Made by a program: the position numbers and the translations under genes. A DNA stretch of 63,049 bases, the filler included, from Intoshia linei (Eukaryota > Animalia > Orthonectida), in assembly GCA_001642005.1 (NCBI GenBank). It is 6 parts of 6 records of this genome, joined end to end, with 100 filler letters (N's around TTAATTAATTAA, not from the genome) between each part and the next. Parts side by side here need not be neighbours in the genome. Positions count along the whole stretch, not along the records: positions 53,559 to 61,302 come from LWCA01001525.1; positions 61,403 to 63,049 come from LWCA01002539.1; 4 more parts are not named here. One strand, written 5' to 3'. Positions 55,751 through 63,049 of this stretch are shown one piece after another (within the stretch, counting starts at the first letter, position 1; the number at the start of each line of letters is the position of its first letter). The notes beneath the pieces are model-generated. The model ran no database searches, had not been told where the DNA came from, and saw only the letters and a list, made by a program, of their open reading frames with translations.

Positions 55751-56970
55751 ATGTATCTTTATTTTTTATTTTTTATAATCATTTTATCTTATTTGATTAT
55801 TAATAAACCATATAAAGTTTTAAATAAACCCATCATAACTATACAACAATTATGTGTCAAGTGGCTAACAAAAGCAATAAAACTTGGACCAATCCCTTCT
55901 CACATAGCTGTATGAGTAATTTGTATTTATTTAATTTTTGTAGATAATTATGGACGGGAACAGAAGATATGCTAAATCCAACAACATTCCACTACTTTGT
56001 GGGCATAAAGCCGGGCTAGATACATTAAATAATGTTTAAATTAAAATTTTTCAAAATACTAAATTATTATAATGTAGGTGAGTGAATGGTTTTATAGCGT
56101 TGGAGTCAAAGAAATAACTATTTTTGCTTTTGCTATCTCAAATTTTAACAGACAAAAAGACGAAGTAGATTATTTAATGAAAATGTTATCTGATAATATT
56201 GATAAATTATTAGATAGTCGGTAATTGTATTAAAAATTTATTAATTTCGTTTATTTATTGAAGCCTAAAATTAATGTTGTCTGATCTCACTATTCGTTTT
56301 ATAGGAAATTCACCTTTACTCGACAAGCATCTTATAGCCAATATGATAAAAATTGAATCTTTAACCCAACCAAACCCAAAGTAAATTTTTTATTAAATGT
56401 AAATTGTCATAATTTTTAATCTGTTCAGAAATATCCTTAATGTTGCTATTGCATATGATTCAACATCTGAATATACCGATACAATATTTAAACTTTACAA
56501 CAAACAACCAAAAGATTTGTTTCTTTTTTTATGATATAAATAATGTCGTTATTTTAGAATAACTCATCGTAAAGTTTGTCAAAATTTATATACTTATAAA
56601 TCCCAAAAATTGGATTTAGTTGTTCGTACTTCTGGAGAAACGCGTCTAAGCAATTTTATGCTAATTCAGGTATAATAATTATTCATGAACCGACAGCCTT
56701 TTTCCGATAGTGGTTGAATGTATAATTTACTCATGGTTGACAAGCCGTGGGTTTAAGTTTTTAAGTTTATCTTTTTTGTTAAATAAATTATTATTTGTTA
56801 TGCGTCACTACTCTATCTATCAATTGGCTGCTGACCCTGTTAATTTAAATTTATTTTAGTCTTCTTATTCTCAAATTTATTTTGTTCAAAAATTTTGGCC
56901 TGTTCTGTCAATATTTGATCTACAAAAATTAATCATTTTATACCAAAAAAATTACTTGTACAATAAATGA
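55751..56970 (+). CDS. DHDDS: Dehydrodolichyl diphosphate synthase (cis-prenyltransferase; absent from the ORF track)
   Basis: GPIPSHIA|IIMDGNRRYAK, GH, TIFAFAISNFNRQKDEV, LNVAIAY, DLVVRTSGETRLSNFMLIQ, FWP; stop at 56968-56970. Confidence 0.93.
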
Positions 56971-57892
56971 TTAAAACATCTACAAAAATATTAACTGATT
57001 CCTAACATTTTTCAAGGCGTCAACCTGAAAAATCAAACCAAAGTCTCTACTCTACTGGTCATATTGATTAAAATCTAAATGTTCTGTAGCAAGGTCAATT
57101 TTTAGCTTAAAGCTCCGCTAATGAGATCAAAATTTGATCACCTCTGAAAATAAAAATATTACCCCTTCAAATACAACCTAATAATTATTTTAAAACCCTG
57201 CTAAATTAGTGCGAATTTGAAGCATTTCAAATACAGGCTAATTCCTCGTCAAGTTAAGGGAATAATTGTTTCTGAAAAAATATTCTCGTTAACGGAATTT
57301 TTTATAAATAATGATACGTTAAAGCAGTGGTTCCCGATGGGAGTTAAAAATTATGATCTGGGAAACCGTGAGATTCAAATACACCTGAAAAATTTTTATA
57401 GAAGAATTTTTAATGTTTATTACAGAGTTTCTAGATAATGATTATCCAAAATCCTTGATGACTACATTATTATTTCAAAAATCCCACTTTTATCCACCAT
57501 TAATAAAATCTAATAAAAAATACCATTTCTAGCGGTAGGGAAAAATTGACTTTTATCGATATTTTTTTGAAAAATCCAAATTTACCAACCCTTAATAAAA
57601 AAATCTTTTTCCAATATTTTTTTTGAAAAACACGATTTTACTAAATTCTATAATGAAAAACCTTTAATTTTTGCATTAATGTTTCCCTTGGTTCCAAAAT
57701 AAATATTTTGAAATGGGGATCCGTGCACTATTTGAACCGGAAACCTCTGCATATAAACAATGAAAATATTTTTATTCCACTATATTTGCATTTCATTTCA
57801 TATAATTCATAATCAAGAAAAAAAAATGTTTTACGTATCTAAAGTTTTTAATTTTATATGAAATAACTTTAGTATAATCCTAACTTATATAA

Positions 57893-58290
57893 CAGTGTTT
57901 TACAAAATATTTATCTAACGGCACCCCAAATTTTATTGACCAATTAAAAATCAATTTTTAAATATGAAGTATATAAACATAAATATTAATGAATTTATTT
58001 TAACTAATATTTAATTTATGGTAGATACATAAGCTTCTTTTGATTTTGAGATATCTTTTATATTTAAATCAAAATTTGATAGACACACTCTGAGTTCTTC
58101 GTCAATTGACTGTAATCTTTCTCTTTTTTTAGTTTTAATATTGGTTAAAGCTGAAAATCCCTGTTCGAATAAGTATGATGTGCTGAATTGTAACAGTATC
58201 ATTAATGGTTTTCTAGCTACATTAGGATATTCATGTAATAATTGAAACCAAAATTTGTTAAGAGAAATTTCATTAAATCTAAGTATAAAT
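57893..58290 (-). mobile_element. hAT (Buster/ZBED5-like) element end with transposase C-terminus
   Basis: FW..EYPNVA..LLQFSTSYLFEQGFSALTNIKTKKRERL..EELRVCLS; CAGTGTTT terminus at 57893. Confidence 0.85.
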
Positions 58291-58530
58291 ATCCTTTATA
58301 CCTTTTAAAAAACTAAAAGGCAGACCCAAAAACCAACATAAAAGATTTTAACGTAAAATTTAACTATTGAATATATTTATTCCTTCTAGAGATTTTTTCA
58401 GCTTGTTGATGAAAATCTAATTTATAATAAGTTTTATAGCATTTTATAAAATTTTAATTGCGTATAATGTATTTATTATATTAAAATTTTACATTTACAG
58501 TGTTATCTATAAAATTAAATCTAGTATTAA

Positions 58531-59116
58531 CCCTTACGAGACAATTGCATGTATAGATGCCAAAAAGTACACTCATAAATTTACATTGGTTTGTATACAA
58601 ACCATAATAAGGCGGTACGAATATAAATTTTGAACAAATTACTGCTTATACAATAACATGTAATATCCGTAAAAATTAATTTTATTAACAATGTTTACTT
58701 TGTGTCAACAATAAAATAAATATTTGAAATGCAATAGACGCGATATGATTGTAATTGTGTGTCATAAATTAAATATATTTTATTGCTAATTCTTAGCCAA
58801 ATTTAAGTTGTTCACTTTACAAATCAATGACATTTGTGAATTTTGAGCTTTAGATTTTAGTGTTTTTTAACATTTCTGCAGTAGTAATGAATGAAATCTT
58901 GTAAGATAAGTGATTAAATCTGAAGGAATCTTGTAGATTTAATGTCCGAAACAAACATTATTATTTATCAATAAAATACACATGCTCAACTAAGTTTATT
59001 AATATTAAAGTGAAGTTACAGCTCAGTTGGAACTGTTACTGTAACTTCACTATTACAACAATTTCAAAAGTGAAATTTTTTGCTTTCAATTTTGAAAATC
59101 AGCAGTCTCGTAAGAA
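58531..59116. mobile_element. piggyBac-like non-autonomous element
   Basis: TTAA|CCCTTACGAGAC ... GTCTCGTAAGAA|TTAA; the first ~80 bp recur at 13871, also after TTAA. Confidence 0.7.
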
Positions 59117-59399
59117 TTAATCAATTTAATATCGTTGTGTTACTTTGGAAACAGAAAATCCGGTGTGCAAATAGTCTCTTGCCATCTACTGAGTACATTA
59201 TCATGCATTGTACAAAGAGAATTCAAATGTCAATTAAAATTAATAAAAAAATTAAATGAATAATGTTTTATATTCAGTATCGGTTTTAATTAGTGTTGGC
59301 AATTTATCGAAATATTTTTATCGATAAAAAATAATAAACTAATTTAATTGAAAAATTAATTACAAGTGTTATATTATTTATTTTTGTTTATAAAATAGA

Positions 59400-59850
59400 A
59401 TTTCAAAAACACCAAAGCATTAACAACATTGGTGATATTCTGGATCTTTTCTTAGTTATATAATGACCAGTTATTGAGAACGCCCTTTCAGCTTCACAAC
59501 TGGTAGGTTTAATAGACATAATTAATTAATAAAATTTATCGTCCATAGTGATAAAAAATCTCATTCCCTTGTCACATTTATCTTGCAACATTATTTTAAG
59601 TTCTTCCTTTTTTTATTGTAAAACGATAGAATTATTCTTTTTACAGAGTTATGGCAAGTGGAAGAAGTATTGTCATATTCACTGTTTTTTAAAACTCGTT
59701 TTTTGCTATTCTATTAAATGCTACCATTTTGGATACCTCTTCTTCCATCGATTTTTTAATAACAAGAAAATCTATCCTTCGCAATTTTGTTTATTTGTAT
59801 TTTCGTTCAAATTAATATTGTGAACATTTTTGTGCATATACATTTGTAGC
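59400..59850 (-). pseudogene. Deleted hAT transposase remnant
   Basis: KPTSCEAERAFSITGHYITKKRSRIS dimerisation motif; multiple stops. Confidence 0.7.
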
Positions 59851-60719
59851 TTCATTACTATTTACTAATATAAAATAATTCCATACTTTAGATCAGTGTT
59901 TCCCAACTTGGGTGATATCGACATGTTCCATTTTGGGAACATTGACGGGTTAAAGGTTAATATTAATAGTTCATCATTTCGCAAAAATAGAGTACTCCAT
60001 GTCTTTTGATCATCATTCGTTTCACCCAAATGTAATGATTCATTAAAAATTGTCATTATTATTTATTTTTTTAGAATCCACAGGTTTTATGTAATATTAT
60101 CTTAGGGGTCCACAGCGAAAAAAAATTGAGAATACCTGGTATAAATCATACATGCATGAAAAATAGTTTTACATTATATAAATTATTTAAACTTTGAATT
60201 TAAACAATTGTTGAAAAACAAAAGCAGAAGAACACAAAAAAAGATATGTAAAACACTTATTCATTCATCTTTAACTGTTGTGTAAATAGAAAAATGTTTT
60301 GACTAAAATTATAACTTATTTCAGCTGATTTGAAGAAGTTTAATATTTTCGTTAAAAATATTGACATAATTTGTTAACTAGAATATACATTCTAAGTAAA
60401 AAAGTCTACCTTCATCATAGCCAGCTACTGTTTATAGTATAAATAAAAGTATAACTTTATACGAAATACATAACAGCTAAGCATATATGAAACCGTCATA
60501 CAAATATATTTACTCAGTTGAATATATTGGGCAAAAATTTAATAATTATATTTTTCTAAATTGAAACTAAAATTTCATTATTTTTATTTTATAATGGGAG
60601 TCGACCCTATCGTGTTCGGACACATCCACTGACATATCAACGCAATTTTTGTAAAATAGGCTTCATTTTTCCAAATTGATGGTTTAAGCTTTATAATCTT
60701 TACTTATATATTATATATA

Positions 60720-61200
60720 CAGTCAACCCTCTAATAATTACGTTTCTGGTGTTTCTAAAAAAACTTGAATTTGAAAAAAATTTTTAATTACGATCTTTTA
60801 ATTTAATAAGCTTTAATTCTGTTTTTCTCTTTATTTATAGAGATTAGAGACTTTCTTAAAAGGATAAGCTGTTTTTTCGATCAATAGAAAAATTATTATC
60901 TTATGAAATATATTTGTTTAAGTTTTTCAACCATTTTTAAGCAATCAGAATAAGTAATTTCAGATGTTTCTTCAACGCAATCCCTTTTTTCTTTAGAAAA
61001 ATCTGGAGATAAATTTGCTTTTTCATTCTCACCACTTTCTTCAATTGACATCACGTTGTTTAAAATTAAAGTCTCATCATTTTCGTTTACGATGAGATCT
61101 TGTATTTATGTTTTGAGTGGTCTTGTGTTGTTCGTCATGTTTGGTTATTCACTTTGCATCCTTAAATCCAATTCTACCTCATTTATTTTTAGTGAAAATT
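60720..61200 (-). mobile_element. pogo/Tigger element end with an acidic C-terminal remnant
   Basis: TA|CAGTCAACCCTCTA TIR; degraded acidic reading frame on the minus strand. Confidence 0.5.
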
Positions 61201-61640
61201 TTTATAAAATTACTAGCTTGGCAGTTTTGTACTACGTACTAACAGCAGCTAGCTCTGCCGAGGGCACTCTTTTATTATACCAAAAAAATAAATTCACGTT
61301 GANNNNNNNNNNNNNNNNNNNNNNNNNNNNNNNNNNNNNNNNNNNNTTAATTAATTAANNNNNNNNNNNNNNNNNNNNNNNNNNNNNNNNNNNNNNNNNN
61401 NNAAATTATGGTGGGGCGTAGAAATTTCGTAAGGATAAAAGTGGGGCATGACACTTAAAATGTTGGGAAACACTGCTCTAGATACTGCAAACTAAAATAA
61501 TACAAATGCGTGTTATTTGGAATCAAAAGACTAAATCATTAAATAATATTAATCTAATCTGAACAAGACCAACAGTTCGCTTTGTATGGTCCTTAATCTC
61601 GTTTAAAATGTACCCATTTACACGAATAAAATAAAATTAC

Positions 61641-62833
61641 TCTATGGCTAAATGCTTGTAGCTATTGTACAATTGTTCTCCAACTACTTTACAAAAGTAT
61701 ATAATGTTAACGTTAATCTAAATATCAAAAATTGTATGAAGAATAATTTTCTATCAATATAGTTTATTACCGATTCAAAAATTTTAAAAAAAAATTATAA
61801 TACATGTCTGTAGAAAATAGAGGTCGGATTAATTTTAGTAATGAAATAAAAAATGCATCTATTTGGTATGTTCCCGTATAACACGGTTTGAAAATAGTCC
61901 ATATATGAATCCTGTGCCATAAAAATAATTGGGTTATATTTAAAATGTTGATCACTAATCAAGGGTAACTATATTGTATTTTATTAATAAACATCCTAGT
62001 TTAATACACTTGTAATTAACAGAATATCATGATATTCCCAGTTATCCGGATGAAAAAGACACCTAGGACATAGGTGACATTACTGGCATATCACGTAATT
62101 GATGATAGCAATACAGTTGTTATAATATTTAATATATACCTCAGATTCCAATTCTTCGTATAAATACATGTGTGGAATTTTTTTGTGTATATAATTTGCT
62201 GCATCGTTGTAAATTTCAAAAGTGTAAATGCAATTTCTACATTTTAATAAATTATAAAATTTAGAAATGGCCATTTATCACAATATTCGTCTCGTGTCAA
62301 TGTTTTTTATATTATGTGACATGTAAGTGTTACAGGGACTATCACATTTTTGTTAATTTAGAAACACTACTACTTTGTAGTCAAGAATACCTTTATAAAT
62401 AACAGAAAATTATATTACATAAATTCAGTATCATCCTTAGTAGTAGCAATTTTCGAAGATAATATACTTGGCATTGATAAGTACAATGGATACTAAATTA
62501 AACTTTAAGCAATTATTTAAAAAAATAAAAATACTTGAATTCTATCATGTTTACAAAATTCAATATGCATTTCCCTGAACCATAAATAAGAAAAATCACA
62601 TGATTTACGAATTATATCTAAAAGTTGATTAATGTATTAACAGTTATAAATAACTGGATACTATATTAAGTAAATTTAAGTAATCTAAAAAATAAACCTT
62701 TTGATATATACATTTGAGAAATATTCTCCGTCATAACTAAAAATTTTTCACTACATTTTTCAATTTTTGAAGATTTTATGGATTTCTTATCCTTCTTTAA
62801 AGAAATGTACAATGCTTCTCTAATACAAAGTAT
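61641..62833 (-). CDS. CYFIP: Divergent CYFIP/Sra-1 (WAVE complex), internal exons only
   Basis: Exons 62833-62698, 62617-62535, 62492-62419, 62236-62140, 61717-61641: CDFSYLWFREMHIE..RIQYPLYLSMP.IL..IYNDAANY..LYEELESE, collinear with CYFIP CDLSQLWFREF..RIQFPIEMSMP..LYNDSA..LYDEIEAE. Confidence 0.88.
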
Positions 62834-63049
62834 CTAGATTAAGGAATTATCTAATTACTACACGTTTTTTCTAGGTAAATATACCAGGGGTTCTCAACCT
62901 TTTTCAACCAACGCCCTCATTACACCATAATTTATAAATTTCAAAATCAACGCCTCCATCATAAAATAAACTAGAATTTTTATAAAATCAATAATGAAAA
63001 AAAGGTAAATAATACTAAGTATAAATTAAAAAAAACACAATTAATGTAG

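Noticed and set aside
56670-56859. GC-richer last intron of DHDDS as a possible snoRNA
   Set aside because: No convincing C/D or H/ACA boxes could be identified by eye.
59009-59051. Hairpin with 13-bp arms
   Set aside because: Internal to the piggyBac-like element, with no second copy to suggest inversion or an independent function.

Overview
Very AT-rich eukaryotic (metazoan) genomic DNA with GT-AG introns, many only 33-45 nt long. It is broken by five artificial 100-nt joins (44 N + TTAATTAATTAA + 44 N), so adjacency across them is not guaranteed. The micro-introns and highly divergent animal genes resemble a reduced parasite genome such as the orthonectid Intoshia (inference). Genes assembled by hand from splice sites: PLD3-like (partial), SCCPDH, a stand-alone GIY-YIG-domain gene, a calmodulin-like gene, an LMTK/AATK-like probable pseudokinase, two small PPxY/LPxY tail-anchored ORFs, an EGF + NPxY Trk-like RTK, the 3' part of a spectraplakin, a CASK CaMK-like domain, SPT4, DHDDS and part of CYFIP. 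Long introns and intergenic space are filled with degraded or nested transposons (Ty3/gypsy LTR, hAT, Tc1, pogo/Tigger, piggyBac-like, Helitron-like). Highlights: (1) a 4-exon stand-alone GIY-YIG nuclease-like gene whose stop codon overlaps that of the convergent calmodulin-like gene; (2) a TSD-flanked LTR element whose two LTRs carry the same 13-bp-arm hairpin with the 19-nt spacer in opposite orientations; (3) a pair of similar PY-motif membrane microproteins. All protein calls rest on motif recognition, not database searches.
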